The position numbers and the translations under genes are program-made. Of a stretch of DNA of 64,000 bases, positions 15,450-25,593 are shown one piece after another; the first letter of the stretch is position 1; the number at the start of each line of letters is the position of its first letter. This stretch comes from Verrucomicrobiota bacterium (GTDB lineage Bacteria; Chlamydiota; Chlamydiia; Chlamydiales; SM23-39). The notes beneath the pieces were generated by a model. That model was not told the origin of the DNA and did not search any database. It saw only the letters and a program-made list of their open reading frames with translations. Location: positions 354,212 to 418,211 of the forward strand of contig JAFEGL010000003.1 of assembly GCA_018239895.1 (NCBI GenBank). Direction: 5' to 3'.

Positions 15450-18133
15450 TTTTTGCCAACCGCTAGATGCACTTCAATCGGAACAGAGAGCTTCATTACA
15501 TGCTCCATCTTTTCTTTAACGATCTTCTGAAAAATATGGATCTCTTCGTCCGGAATTTCAAAAATTAATTCATCGTGGATTTGCAAGATCATTTTTCCTT
15601 GCAACTTCCTTTCTATCAATACTTTATCAATTTCGATCATCGCTATCTTGATCAGGTCGGCGGCCGTTCCCTGCAAAGGGGTGTTGATGGCGAGCCTTTC
15701 AGCGGCCGCTCGGATCATCGGATTTTTGTTGTGAATTTCAGGGATAGGTCTCTGCCGGCCTGTGAGGGTCTTCGATGCTCCCGTTTTACGGACCTGCTCT
15801 TTGCAAAGCTCGAGGAAGTCGAGGACGCGGGGGTACCGTTCAAAGTATTTTTTGATGAATTCAGAGGCTTCGTGCATCGAGATGTGGAGCTGTTTTGAAA
15901 GTCCGAAGGGGCCCTGTCCGTAAAGGATGCCGAAATTGACTGTTTTGGCTTGAGATCTCATGTCGGGAGTGACGAGGCCCGGCGGCATGTCGAAGACGAG
16001 CGAAGCGGTGTGTGTGTGGATGTCTTCGCCTGTCTTGAACGCTTTGACGAGCTCTTTGTCTTCGCTGAAGTGGGCGAGGAGCCTAAGCTCAATTTGCGAA
16101 TAGTCAGCTCCCAGAAAACTCCAACCCCGTTTTTGTGGTTTGAAGCAGGTGCGGATCGCAAGTCCCTCTTTGCTTCGGATCGGGATGTTTTGCAAATTGG
16201 GATCTTGGCAGGAGAGACGCCCTGTGGCGGCGACCGATTGGTTGAAGGTGCAGTGGATTCGCCCTGTCTTTGGGTTGATCGATTCGGGAAGGGCTTCAAT
16301 GTAAGTCGAGCGGAGTTTTTCCAAAGTTCTGTAGCTGAGAATATCTTCTACGATCGGATTTTCTTCAGCCAGTTCCTCTAGAACGTCGGCACTCGTCGAA
16401 AATTCGGAGGTTTTTTTACGAGGGGGTTTCAATTGGAGTTTTTCGAAGAGAATCGAGCTAAGTTGTTTGGGGGAATTGAGATTGAACTCTTCGCCGACTT
16501 CGGTAAAAATTTTCGATCTGATTTTCCCGATTTCCTTCGAAAGGATTTCGCCGTGATCTTTCAATTTTTCGGCGTCCAGATAAATTCCTTCGCGCTCCAT
16601 TTTTGCCAAAATGGGGAGGAGCGGGAGCTCAATGTCGCGAAGGATTTTTTCGAGCTTTTTTTCTTCGAGTTCTTCTTCGAATAGCTCTTTGAGGCGGCAG
16701 GTGTAATCTACATCTTCGCAGCAGTACTCTTTGACCTTTTCGATGGGGGCATCCCACATCGAAATCTCATTTTTCCCTTTGCCGATGAGCTCTTCAATCG
16801 GAATCTTGACTTTTTGGAATTTGTTGAGGGCAAGTTCATCGAGATTGTGTTTTCGGTTTTGAGGGTCGAGGAGATAAGAGGCCAAGATCGTATCGAAGGA
16901 GATGTTCTCGAGGTCAATCCCTAGGTTTTTCAAAATATGGTAGTCGTACTTCAAATTGTGTCCATAAAAGGAGCCTTTCGCATGGGCAAAGAAGACCTGG
17001 AGGGCTGCAACGACTTTTTCGTAGCCGATGGAGCCGTTGGCCGGAATGTACCAGGCTTCGCCCGGTTCGACTCCAAAACCGATGCCGACCAGTTTGGCGG
17101 TGAGGGGGTGGATATCGGTTGTTTCGGTATCGAGGCAGATCTCTTTTGCTTCGCTCAAAAAACTCAAAATGGATTTGAGCTCTTCTTCTGTATCCACGAG
17201 TGTGTACTGGTGTTTTTCGGTGTGCCGTTTCCCTTTTTTGGGTTTTTCTACCGGGGCAGCCCCACCCAAATCGCGCAAGAGCGTATTGAAATTCATCGAA
17301 TGGTAGAAATCACCCAACTTTTTAAGGTCGGGATTTTTTAATTTATAGAAGTTCTGGTCGTGTGGAATTTCTACTTTTGTGTCGAGAGTCGCTAATTCGC
17401 GGCTCATCAAGGCGACTTCTTTATCTTTCCGGAGCGTCTCTTGTTTTTTTTCTCCTTTGACTTTTTCGGGGTGAGCCAGGATGGCGTCGAGCGTGCCGAA
17501 TTCTTGAAGGAGAGAGGCGGCTGTTTTTGGGCCGAATCCTTCGAGGCCGGGGATGTTATCGGAGCTATCGCCCATGATGGCCAAGAGATCGAGCATTTGG
17601 TCGGGGCGGACTCCGTAGATCTCCTCTACTTTTTTGGCGTCGATCAGCAGGTTGTCTTTGTGGGCGTGGATTTGAAAAATATGGTCGTCGACGAGTTGCA
17701 TTAGATCTTTATCGCTCGAGCAGAGGAATGCTTTGGCCCCTTTTTTCTTTGCCCAGACGGCAACGCTGGCCATTGTATCGTCGGCCTCGACCCCATCGAC
17801 GCAAAGAGTTGGGATCCCGGCGTACTCGCAAAATTCATAAGCCCAATCGAACTGTGGAAAGAGATCTTCCGGCGCCCCTTTCCGATGCATTTTGTATTCA
17901 GCATAGACCGCTTGGCGCGATTTTTTGTTGTCAGGACCGTCAAAGACAGCGACGATGTGCTCTGCAGAAAAATCTTTAATGATTTTTTGGACAGAGCGGA
18001 TGAATCCGTAAAGGGCGCTTGTAGATTGCCCTTTGCCGTTTAACATCGGCCCTATCCCATAGTAGGAGCGGAAAAGGAAGTTGACTGCATCGAGAATATA
18101 GATCCGATCCAAGAATTCTCCTATTTGATCCAC
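15434..18133 (-). CDS. polA: DNA polymerase I
   Basis: 899 aa. 5'-3' exonuclease N-terminus, 3'-5' exonuclease domain, polymerase motifs RSQAKTVNFGILYG and QIHDELIFE. Confidence 0.95.
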   Translation of the reverse strand: MDQIGEFLDRIYILDAVNFLFRSYYGIGPMLNGKGQSTSALYGFIRSVQKIIKDFSAEHIVAVFDGPDNKKSRQAVYAEYKMHRKGAPEDLFPQFDWAYEFCEYAGIPTLCVDGVEADDTMASVAVWAKKKGAKAFLCSSDKDLMQLVDDHIFQIHAHKDNLLIDAKKVEEIYGVRPDQMLDLLAIMGDSSDNIPGLEGFGPKTAASLLQEFGTLDAILAHPEKVKGEKKQETLRKDKEVALMSRELATLDTKVEIPHDQNFYKLKNPDLKKLGDFYHSMNFNTLLRDLGGAAPVEKPKKGKRHTEKHQYTLVDTEEELKSILSFLSEAKEICLDTETTDIHPLTAKLVGIGFGVEPGEAWYIPANGSIGYEKVVAALQVFFAHAKGSFYGHNLKYDYHILKNLGIDLENISFDTILASYLLDPQNRKHNLDELALNKFQKVKIPIEELIGKGKNEISMWDAPIEKVKEYCCEDVDYTCRLKELFEEELEEKKLEKILRDIELPLLPILAKMEREGIYLDAEKLKDHGEILSKEIGKIRSKIFTEVGEEFNLNSPKQLSSILFEKLQLKPPRKKTSEFSTSADVLEELAEENPIVEDILSYRTLEKLRSTYIEALPESINPKTGRIHCTFNQSVAATGRLSCQDPNLQNIPIRSKEGLAIRTCFKPQKRGWSFLGADYSQIELRLLAHFSEDKELVKAFKTGEDIHTHTASLVFDMPPGLVTPDMRSQAKTVNFGILYGQGPFGLSKQLHISMHEASEFIKKYFERYPRVLDFLELCKEQVRKTGASKTLTGRQRPIPEIHNKNPMIRAAAERLAINTPLQGTAADLIKIAMIEIDKVLIERKLQGKMILQIHDELIFEIPDEEIHIFQKIVKEKMEHVMKLSVPIEVHLAVGKNWGEC

Positions 18134-18366
18134 TTAAAGCGGGGCATCTCGCGGCCATCGATTTCGATAGTCTCGACGAACATGTTCAAGGGGCGGACCC
18201 AAATGCCCCGGTCGCCGTAGAGAGCTTGGTAGACAACCATCTCCTCGAGAGTCTCCGAGTGGCGGGCTACATAAAGAACTTCATACTGCATCCCTTTGTA
18301 GTGCTCGTAAAGCCCCTTTTTTAAATTCTTGGCAGCAACTGAAAGAGGGGGCAGCGTATTACTCAT
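18121..18366 (-). CDS. DUF1653-like small protein
   Basis: 81 aa. YEHYKGMQYEVLYVARHSETLEEMVVYQALYG..WVRPLNMF matches my memory of DUF1653. Overlaps sppA (8 nt) and polA (13 nt). Confidence 0.7.
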   Translation of the reverse strand: MSNTLPPLSVAAKNLKKGLYEHYKGMQYEVLYVARHSETLEEMVVYQALYGDRGIWVRPLNMFVETIEIDGREMPRFKWIK

Positions 18367-19435
18367 GACTAAACTCCGGTTTATAGATGTATGAAAATTG
18401 GTCTTGAATTCCGAATGCTTTCTGTCCGCCGAGACTTAGGTCGTGTTCCAGCTTGCCGCTAAATATGGGCGATTGGCCGCTAGCGAGTGTGGAGAGCCAA
18501 TCGCTTCGAGGCTTCAGCTCGATGATCTGGTAAGGTTTGGAAGGGTCGACTTGCGCCTCTTTCATCAAGGCGATTACCGCTTGCTCATAGGTTGCATTGG
18601 CGACGTCGACATAACCAATTTCAACCCCTTTGGTCCCATCAAAAACCTGGGCTCCATATTCGCCGATGAGTTTTGTCCGATCGACTTTCGGGCGATTCTC
18701 CGTGACAACTGCGACGAATTGTTCGTAGAACGTAGCCAAAATGTTTTTCAAGGAATCGTCTTCGCCTTCTTTCCAAGGACGGAACGGATTCAACATATCT
18801 TTGTCCAAACCTTTGGTGAAGGTCGTCGATTGAACGCCGATTTTGCCCATAGCGTCAAATACATTGAAAAAGGGGCCGATCCGGACGCCGATCGAGCCTA
18901 CAACGCTGGGGACAGAAGCAAAAATCTGGTCGCTGCTCGATGCGATATACATTCCGCCAGAGGCGCACATTCCGTCGACGAAGGTGAATACGGGAACGTG
19001 GTATTTTTCCTTATAGCTTTTGATCATCCGGTAGATGTTGTCCGAGTCGACGACAGTGCCTCCAGGTGTGTTGATGTGTAGTAAAATCCCTTTTACCCGG
19101 TTATTGCTAAGGAGCCCTAACCGAGAGTCGATCAGGATATTCTCCATGGTTTCAGAATCTATCCCTTTCGGCTCGCCGATGATGCCGTGTACGTTGATCC
19201 GCAATATGGCTGGGTAAGCTGTCGAGACCATATGCTTGGTCCCATCCAGATTCGGCAGGATGGTCAATTCAGTCTTCTCCTCATACCCATTTGGGGCCGA
19301 GAGGATTGAAAAGAGAAACCCGGCTATCATAATGCTTAAAAAAATTCCCAATACGGCGAAAAATGAGCGTGCAAAACTCCTTATCGCTGAGACAAAGATC
19401 GATTCGCGTTCAACTTCCATGAAAAATGACCTCAT
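18359..19435 (-). CDS. sppA: Signal peptide peptidase SppA / SohB (S49 family)
   Basis: 358 aa. N-terminal TM. S49-type core GMCASGGMYIASSSDQIFA. Syntenic with chlamydial sohB next to polA. Confidence 0.85.
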   Translation of the reverse strand: MRSFFMEVERESIFVSAIRSFARSFFAVLGIFLSIMIAGFLFSILSAPNGYEEKTELTILPNLDGTKHMVSTAYPAILRINVHGIIGEPKGIDSETMENILIDSRLGLLSNNRVKGILLHINTPGGTVVDSDNIYRMIKSYKEKYHVPVFTFVDGMCASGGMYIASSSDQIFASVPSVVGSIGVRIGPFFNVFDAMGKIGVQSTTFTKGLDKDMLNPFRPWKEGEDDSLKNILATFYEQFVAVVTENRPKVDRTKLIGEYGAQVFDGTKGVEIGYVDVANATYEQAVIALMKEAQVDPSKPYQIIELKPRSDWLSTLASGQSPIFSGKLEHDLSLGGQKAFGIQDQFSYIYKPEFSHE

Positions 19436-19487
19436 GATGTATAGTATTAGGATTATACCTTATTTAGACCTAAAGGAAAATACTTTG

Positions 19488-20561
19488 ATGAAGACCCCTT
19501 CGTGGACTCAGTGGATTTTGAAAAATCCGTGGATCGCTGAGCTTTTTATCATTTTAACTCTCATCGTCTTGCTCAATTTTGTTTTAAAGAGAGTTTTGAT
19601 CCGATCGAAAAAAAGAGCTCATATTGTCGAAAACGACTGGAGAGTCCATCTCGATTATATCATGGTCCGCCCTCTGCAGCTTCTTCTCTGGATTTTCTTG
19701 ATCGCATTTTCGGTCGATATCATCATTCGAGAGTTTGAATTTGAAGGGGTTTTTTTATTCTTTCCGGCTCTGCGTGACTCGGGGATCGTCGTCTGTTTGG
19801 CTTGGCTGATTTTGCGCTGGAAAAAGGTATTTCACGACTCGATCGTCGCCAGGCGAATCAAAGGAAAAAGCTCATTCGATCTGATCACTTTGGAACTCAT
19901 CAATAAGCTATTTACAATTGCCGTCCTATTCATAGTATTGATGCTCATTTTACAGATTTTGGGGCTCAATATTGTCCCGCTCCTTACTTTTGGTGGAATA
20001 GGAGCTGCGACCCTGGCTTTTGCGAGTCGGGATGTGTTCGCAAATTTTTTCGGTGGTCTGATGCTGAACTTGACTCGGCCGTTTACTGTCAATGATCAGA
20101 TCGAGATGCCTCACAGAAAAGTGACAGGTTACGTCGAAGAGATCGGGTGGTATCTCACGGTCATTCGCGATCTCCAAAAGAGGCCGATCTATATGCCTAA
20201 TTCCATTTTTTCAAGCGAAATTCTGATCAACCTATCCCGGATTACCCATCGGCGGATTGAAGAAATGATCGGGTTGCGCTACGTCGATATAGGAAGGGCT
20301 GAGAAGATCGTAGATGAGATAAGACAGCTGCTTACAAGCCATACGAATATCGACCAGACTCTGCCCCTCTATGTTTATCTCTATACTTTAGCTCCCTCTT
20401 CGGTTGATATCGAGGTCAAAGCTTATTCGCTAAGCACGCGCTATGAAGACTTTATGGAGATCAAGCAAAAGGTATTATTGGAGATCTATCAAATCATCTC
20501 AAGACATAACGCCGATCTTGCCTTCCCGACCATCACCATAGACATGCCGGCAAAATACTAA
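19488..20561 (+). CDS. Small-conductance mechanosensitive channel (MscS family)
   Basis: Track ORF 19236..20561 trimmed to ATG 19488 (MKTPSW..), because the upstream part overlaps sppA. Several TM helices, then the MscS beta-domain block GDQIEMP-like (NDQIEMPHRKVTGYVEEIGW). Confidence 0.85.
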   Translation: MKTPSWTQWILKNPWIAELFIILTLIVLLNFVLKRVLIRSKKRAHIVENDWRVHLDYIMVRPLQLLLWIFLIAFSVDIIIREFEFEGVFLFFPALRDSGIVVCLAWLILRWKKVFHDSIVARRIKGKSSFDLITLELINKLFTIAVLFIVLMLILQILGLNIVPLLTFGGIGAATLAFASRDVFANFFGGLMLNLTRPFTVNDQIEMPHRKVTGYVEEIGWYLTVIRDLQKRPIYMPNSIFSSEILINLSRITHRRIEEMIGLRYVDIGRAEKIVDEIRQLLTSHTNIDQTLPLYVYLYTLAPSSVDIEVKAYSLSTRYEDFMEIKQKVLLEIYQIISRHNADLAFPTITIDMPAKY

Positions 20562-21076
20562 GAGGCGTTTTTCTCGGTCTGGAGGGGAGAGATTGTCTGA
20601 AATAATTCGATGAAGGCTAACCCTCCCATGAGGATGAAGCTTGCGAAGATGTACCAAGGAAACGAAATCCCTGTAGTGAGTCCCATCAGAATAATGAATT
20701 GAAGGGCTGTCGTGACTTTTCCCCACCGGATTGCACGAAATACGATCGATTTCCATCTTCCTGAGGCTAACATCAAGAAACCGTAGATGCAGAGAAAGAA
20801 GTCTCTTGAGAGCATGGCCGCCGCTTCCCAGGGAGAAATGGTCCCTTCAAAAAACAGGACGCTTAGAGCGAAATAGGCGAAGAACTTATCGGTGGCAGGG
20901 TCGAGGATCGCGCCGAATCGGCTGGCCGATTGGCTCCGTCTGGCGAGGTAGCCATCTATTGAATCTGTCAGCATAGCCAAAAATATAGAGGCTAGCCGCA
21001 ATAGAGGGTTAGCTTGAAGAAATGCGAATGCTAAGGGCACTCGAAGGAACGACAGACTATTGGATATCGTGATCAT
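20558..21076 (-). CDS. pgsA: CDP-alcohol phosphatidyltransferase (PgsA-like)
   Basis: 172 aa. Motif DSIDGYLARR..GAILDPATDK (DxxDGxxAR...GxxxDxxxD). Confidence 0.8.
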   Translation of the reverse strand: MITISNSLSFLRVPLAFAFLQANPLLRLASIFLAMLTDSIDGYLARRSQSASRFGAILDPATDKFFAYFALSVLFFEGTISPWEAAAMLSRDFFLCIYGFLMLASGRWKSIVFRAIRWGKVTTALQFIILMGLTTGISFPWYIFASFILMGGLAFIELFQTISPLQTEKNAS

Positions 21077-21130
21077 GCTTGAAGGAATTTTGTCATTTTT
21101 GACTCCGAGCGTAAATAAAAAAATTAAAAA

Positions 21131-21757
21131 CTACTCGGATGGGTTCTTGCGCGCCCGCGATTTTTTCCATTTCTTATACCAGATCAAGCCAATTATCGAT
21201 ACCACAAAGGCACTGAAAAGAAAAAGGTTAAAGGTCTTGAGCGTCTCGATCAGGGCCAGGTAGTTGCGGCTTCCATAGTAGGCTAGCGTGAACAAAGTGG
21301 TGTTTGAACAGATGCAGGCGATCCCATCGCTCAAAAGAAATTTGCCAAAAGGCATCTTGCCTAGACCTGCTGCTAAAAAGAGTCCGTTTCGAACCCCAAA
21401 AGGGATAAATCTTCCGAATAAAAGGGTTCTAAATCCATATTTGGCATAGTAGTTCTGGATGAGATCAAGTTTCTTTCTATCGAAGGTTTTAGCGAACCAG
21501 GGGATATTCCATAGCCTGGGTCCGAATTTCCGCCCGATCCAATAGCAGACCCAATCGGAAATATAGCAGCCCAGAAAGACCCCAGCGAAGAGTTTTGCGG
21601 TATTTTCGGGAACGACCGTCGCTGCTAGAACCGCGCTGAAGATGATCATTAGATCTTCGCTGATCGGCACATTGATTCCGGCCAACATAAGAGCCGAAAA
21701 TACGATCCAATGGGCGTAAGTGGCGTGCTCAAAGATGAATTGAATGATGGAGTCCAT
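21131..21757 (-). CDS. DedA/VTT-domain membrane protein
   Basis: 208 aa, multi-TM. DedA-type block FGRFIPFGVRNGLFLAAG. Confidence 0.8.
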   Translation of the reverse strand: MDSIIQFIFEHATYAHWIVFSALMLAGINVPISEDLMIIFSAVLAATVVPENTAKLFAGVFLGCYISDWVCYWIGRKFGPRLWNIPWFAKTFDRKKLDLIQNYYAKYGFRTLLFGRFIPFGVRNGLFLAAGLGKMPFGKFLLSDGIACICSNTTLFTLAYYGSRNYLALIETLKTFNLFLFSAFVVSIIGLIWYKKWKKSRARKNPSE

Positions 21758-21866
21758 TAATTTGTTAAATATTCAAAGGCAAAATATTTGTAAATCTCGG
21801 GGAATTATATTCGATTATTTCTGGAAAATAAAGCTAAATGAACGACGGCCAGCGCAAATCAAATAT

Positions 21867-23438
21867 TTATGCTTGGCCTGCAGGGAGAAGGGTCGGCTTC
21901 GGGGGCTTTTCCTCAGATATATCCAGTTTGGATTTGTTTGTGACCAAGGTATCGAATTGCTTGCCAAGAGAGACCACGGACAAGAGCCAGACCAATAGGA
22001 CAACGACGAATATGGCTGCAACGTAAGGGGTACTGGCGGAGACAGTTGCAAAAAGGAGCAGTAACCCTTGGTGAATGACCGAGCCGCCTGATTTACCGAG
22101 CCGGGAGCCAACGCCGTCGATCGCCGCCTTTCCTTTGAGCTTCGATTCGTTGCTGAGCGGGATGAAGGCTATCTCTTTAGTGGCGTCAAAAAATGTGTAT
22201 TTGCAGGCCCGTGCAAAGACATTCTGCAATGAGCCGAGCGTTAATCCTAAAGCCATCGGGCTTACTCCGGCCATGATGGCAAGGGGGGAGATAAGAGGCG
22301 CATCCTGGAAGAGGACGAAGGCGAAGAAACCTACTCCTGTAATGAGCATGGTGACGACGGGGATCATGGCGCTGGTTGTCCAGGAGAAGCAGCGGATCAC
22401 GTTTCCAGTGACGAATACAGCCGCAAAGGTCGCTACGATGCCGATGAGGGTTGTCACGTGGCCCATGTAGGCTTGGAAATCGTTCGGGTCGGGATAGAGG
22501 GCATTGATCTGGTTCTTCCAGACGACTTCGACTAAGTTAATGGCGATGTTGTAGGTGAGGACGATGAGGGCAATGCAAATCAAATATTTTGATTTAGCCA
22601 GATAGGAGAAATTCTTCCGCATCGACATTTTGATCTTTTCAGGCGGTTTTTCTGAAGCGGGCCGGGCATTTTCAACAGGCAAGATCACGTGGGTGTTCAT
22701 CCATCGGAAAATCGAGATCGTAATCACGCCGCTGCCGATGATAACGCAGGTCATGAGAAATACCGACTGCTCCCATTTTGAAGAGCCGTAGGGGATAGAG
22801 GCTGTGTAAGAAAAAGCTGAAAGCCAGTTGGATACTTGTCCGGCTAAAATCGAAGCGAGGTTGGCGCCGATCATCAGAAGTCCGTAGTAGCGTTTGGCTT
22901 CGCCGACAGTTGTGACTTCGTTGGCAAAACCCCAGAAAAGAACCGTCATGATGGCGGTGCTCCAAAGCTCTGACATGACATAGAAGAGGGTGAAAGTCCA
23001 GTTTCGGAAAATGGCGATCAAACCTTTAAATCCTGCTGGGAGAAAGTCTTGCAATCGATCCGCTAATTCATGAGGATGGAGATAGTCGCGCATTGGATAG
23101 AGAAAGAAGGTGAATAGGAAGAAAAACGCGATGAAAATCATCATCATGATATAGAAGACTTTTTCGCGGGAGAATTTATTGACGAGCCGCGTGAAAACAA
23201 ACGTAAGTAAGATCGCGCTGGGTAAGATAGCCCAGACCTTGATGAAGGGGATCGCTTCAGCGCCCGATTTTGGTGCTGTTACAACCATCGAATCTTTGAA
23301 AATTCGGAGCAAGTTGTAATTCAAACAGATGAAGAAAAACATCCCGAGCATGGGAACAAATTTCTTCAGCTCCCATTTGTAGATGGGCCAAAAAAAGGCG
23401 CGCCACTTACTGAATTCTGCCTTACTACCCTGTTGCAT
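21867..23438 (-). CDS. ntt: Nucleotide transporter, ADP/ATP translocase (Ntt/Tlc family)
   Basis: 523 aa, about 12 TM. N-terminus EFSKWRAFFWPIYKWELKKFVPM.. is typical of Chlamydia/Rickettsia Npt/Tlc proteins. Confidence 0.9.
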   Translation of the reverse strand: MQQGSKAEFSKWRAFFWPIYKWELKKFVPMLGMFFFICLNYNLLRIFKDSMVVTAPKSGAEAIPFIKVWAILPSAILLTFVFTRLVNKFSREKVFYIMMMIFIAFFFLFTFFLYPMRDYLHPHELADRLQDFLPAGFKGLIAIFRNWTFTLFYVMSELWSTAIMTVLFWGFANEVTTVGEAKRYYGLLMIGANLASILAGQVSNWLSAFSYTASIPYGSSKWEQSVFLMTCVIIGSGVITISIFRWMNTHVILPVENARPASEKPPEKIKMSMRKNFSYLAKSKYLICIALIVLTYNIAINLVEVVWKNQINALYPDPNDFQAYMGHVTTLIGIVATFAAVFVTGNVIRCFSWTTSAMIPVVTMLITGVGFFAFVLFQDAPLISPLAIMAGVSPMALGLTLGSLQNVFARACKYTFFDATKEIAFIPLSNESKLKGKAAIDGVGSRLGKSGGSVIHQGLLLLFATVSASTPYVAAIFVVVLLVWLLSVVSLGKQFDTLVTNKSKLDISEEKPPKPTLLPAGQA

Positions 23439-23597
23439 AGATCAACTGGAGAACCTTTGGTTAAGGATTTTCACAAATTTTTTTACTCTGAATTGTGAAA
23501 GTGCTTGACCAAAGCTTCTTGATGCCTCTAAGCATCGCATATTTCTTCATTTTAGTTGAGCAAATTGATGAAGGATTCACAAATGTGGGCCTCAAAT

Positions 23598-24809
23598 TTA
23601 TTTTTTGTCGGAGAGAGCGTCGATTCCAGGAAGATGGCCAAATTCGAGAAATTCCAGCGAGGCGCCGCCCCCTGTCGATAAATGAGCGAATTTTCCTCCA
23701 AGACCCATCATTTGGATTGCCGCTACGGAATCTCCTCCGCCCACTACGACAGTGGCCTTTGAGCGGGCTAAAGCTTCAGCGATAGCGAAGGTCCCTTTAG
23801 CAAATGAGGGCATTTCAAATACGCTCAGCGGCCCATTCCAGAAAATAGTTGATGCTTTCTGAAGTTCAGTCGACCATATATCTGTGGTTTTCGGGCCAAT
23901 CCCCATTCCCTGCCACCCCTCGGGGACGCCTTCTTCGATAGAGACGATTCGACTTTCGGCGTCGTTTCGAAAATCGGAGGCGACGATTAGATCGAGAGGC
24001 AAATGACAAGGAATTCCTTTTTTTTTCGCTGCTTCAATAATTTCGTTGGCTGCACTTCCTTCTGCCTCATCATATAGGGATTTTCCAATTGAAAAACTTT
24101 TTGCCTTCAAGAAAGTATAGGCCATACCGCCGCCAATGAAGAGGCCGTCGATGCGAGGGATCAAATTTTTGATGACGCCTGCTTTAGTCGAAACTTTAGA
24201 GCCCCCAATGACCGCATAAAAGGGGCGCTTTGGATTTTGCAAGAGCGAGCCAAGCGCTAAAATCTCCCGCTCCATCAAAAAGCCGGCGGCGGCTCGATGG
24301 GGAAAAAATTGGGCAATGAATGAAGTTGATGCATGGGCTCGATGGGCTGTGCCAAAGGCGTCATTTACGTAGAGATCGCCCAGTTTAGCTAGTTGAGAGA
24401 CGAAGTCAGGATCTTTTTCAGTATGTTCTTCTCCCTCGTGAAATCGGAGGTTTTCTAGCAGGAGGATTTCGCCAGGCTTTAAGTTCTGAGCTTTTTTTTC
24501 TGTCTCTTGACCTATGCAGTCATGAGCAAGAATTACAGGTCTGTTTAGTTTCTCCGAAAGGCGCTTAGCGCAAGGAGCGAGAGAATATTTCCTGTTTGGT
24601 TTTCCATCGGGTCTCCCCAAATGACTCATTAAGACGAGCGATCCGCCGCGATCTAGTACGTATTTGATGGAAGGGAGGGATGCTGCAATTCTCGAGTCGT
24701 CGGAAATTTGGCCGTTTGCATCTAAAGGGACGTTGAAGTCGACCCGCATCAACACCCTTTTTCCCTTTATAGGAAGATCGCGCAAGGTCAGCTTTTCCAT
24801 GTGCGTCAA
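23598..24809 (-). CDS. pgk: Phosphoglycerate kinase
   Basis: 403 aa. KRVLMRVDFNVPL, GGGDS..A and STGGGASLEF motifs. Confidence 0.95.
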   Translation of the reverse strand: MTHMEKLTLRDLPIKGKRVLMRVDFNVPLDANGQISDDSRIAASLPSIKYVLDRGGSLVLMSHLGRPDGKPNRKYSLAPCAKRLSEKLNRPVILAHDCIGQETEKKAQNLKPGEILLLENLRFHEGEEHTEKDPDFVSQLAKLGDLYVNDAFGTAHRAHASTSFIAQFFPHRAAAGFLMEREILALGSLLQNPKRPFYAVIGGSKVSTKAGVIKNLIPRIDGLFIGGGMAYTFLKAKSFSIGKSLYDEAEGSAANEIIEAAKKKGIPCHLPLDLIVASDFRNDAESRIVSIEEGVPEGWQGMGIGPKTTDIWSTELQKASTIFWNGPLSVFEMPSFAKGTFAIAEALARSKATVVVGGGDSVAAIQMMGLGGKFAHLSTGGGASLEFLEFGHLPGIDALSDKK

Positions 24810-24843
24810 GTTATCACAAAATCTCGAAGATTGTCTAGCCTCG

Positions 24844-25593
24844 CTAGAGGCTGCCGAAAGGATTCCCCGCCTGTTCGAATCCGCCGCCTCGTTTCCGATT
24901 TTTTAGTTCACTTCGAATCGAGAAGAGGAGATCTTGGTCGAAATCTTTCTTTTCAGCCCAAATCAAGTATTCAAGAGGAATTTCGTCGAATTTGCGCCCT
25001 TTATGTTTGCCGAGAGGCATCGTTCTAAGTTTGATCGGCTTTTGAAGAGTCTTCAATATCTCTGCCGTCGATTTGTAGGGTTTGGAAAGGTACTTGAATA
25101 CTTCGATGTTGACGATCACATCGCTCATAGCTCGATGAGCTCCTTCATATTCGATGTTGAAATGTTGGCGCAGCCGGTCGAGGGAATTGATGGGACTTTC
25201 TCCATAGATCCGGGCAAGCCGCAAGGTATCTATGTGAGGTTGCTTCATAATCTGAGTGGGAATATTGCTTCTTCTTGCTTCAGCTGCGATCAAAGCGATA
25301 TCGAAATTGATCCCGTGGCCAACGATGACATTCCCTTCGATAAGTTGAAGGGCTTGGGGCAAAACTTCTTTGATCTTGGGTTTCCCCTGGATCATTTCGA
25401 AGGAAATTTTGTGGATCTCTTGAGAAGTTTGGGGGATTTCACACTCGGGATCTACGAGAGACTCGAATTGCTGTAAAATTTGGTCGAAGGTGAATCGGGC
25501 TACAGCGATTTCAATGATCCGATCCTTCTCTGGTTCAAGTCCCGTCGATTCGCAATCGAGGCACACAAATATTTCGTCTTTCAAGAGAGACAT
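24844..25593 (-). CDS. DEDD 3'-5' exonuclease (DnaQ-like) with a C-terminal DUF3820-like tail
   Basis: Exo motifs VCLDCESTGL, VGHGINFD, HRAMSDV. C-terminus MPLGKHKGRKFDEIPLEYLIW. Confidence 0.8.
   Translation of the reverse strand: MSLLKDEIFVCLDCESTGLEPEKDRIIEIAVARFTFDQILQQFESLVDPECEIPQTSQEIHKISFEMIQGKPKIKEVLPQALQLIEGNVIVGHGINFDIALIAAEARRSNIPTQIMKQPHIDTLRLARIYGESPINSLDRLRQHFNIEYEGAHRAMSDVIVNIEVFKYLSKPYKSTAEILKTLQKPIKLRTMPLGKHKGRKFDEIPLEYLIWAEKKDFDQDLLFSIRSELKNRKRGGGFEQAGNPFGSL

Noticed and set aside
19236-19487. N-terminal 84 aa of the track ORF for the MscS-family gene
   Set aside because: It overlaps the sppA start region on the opposite strand. The MscS-like sequence begins at ATG 19488.
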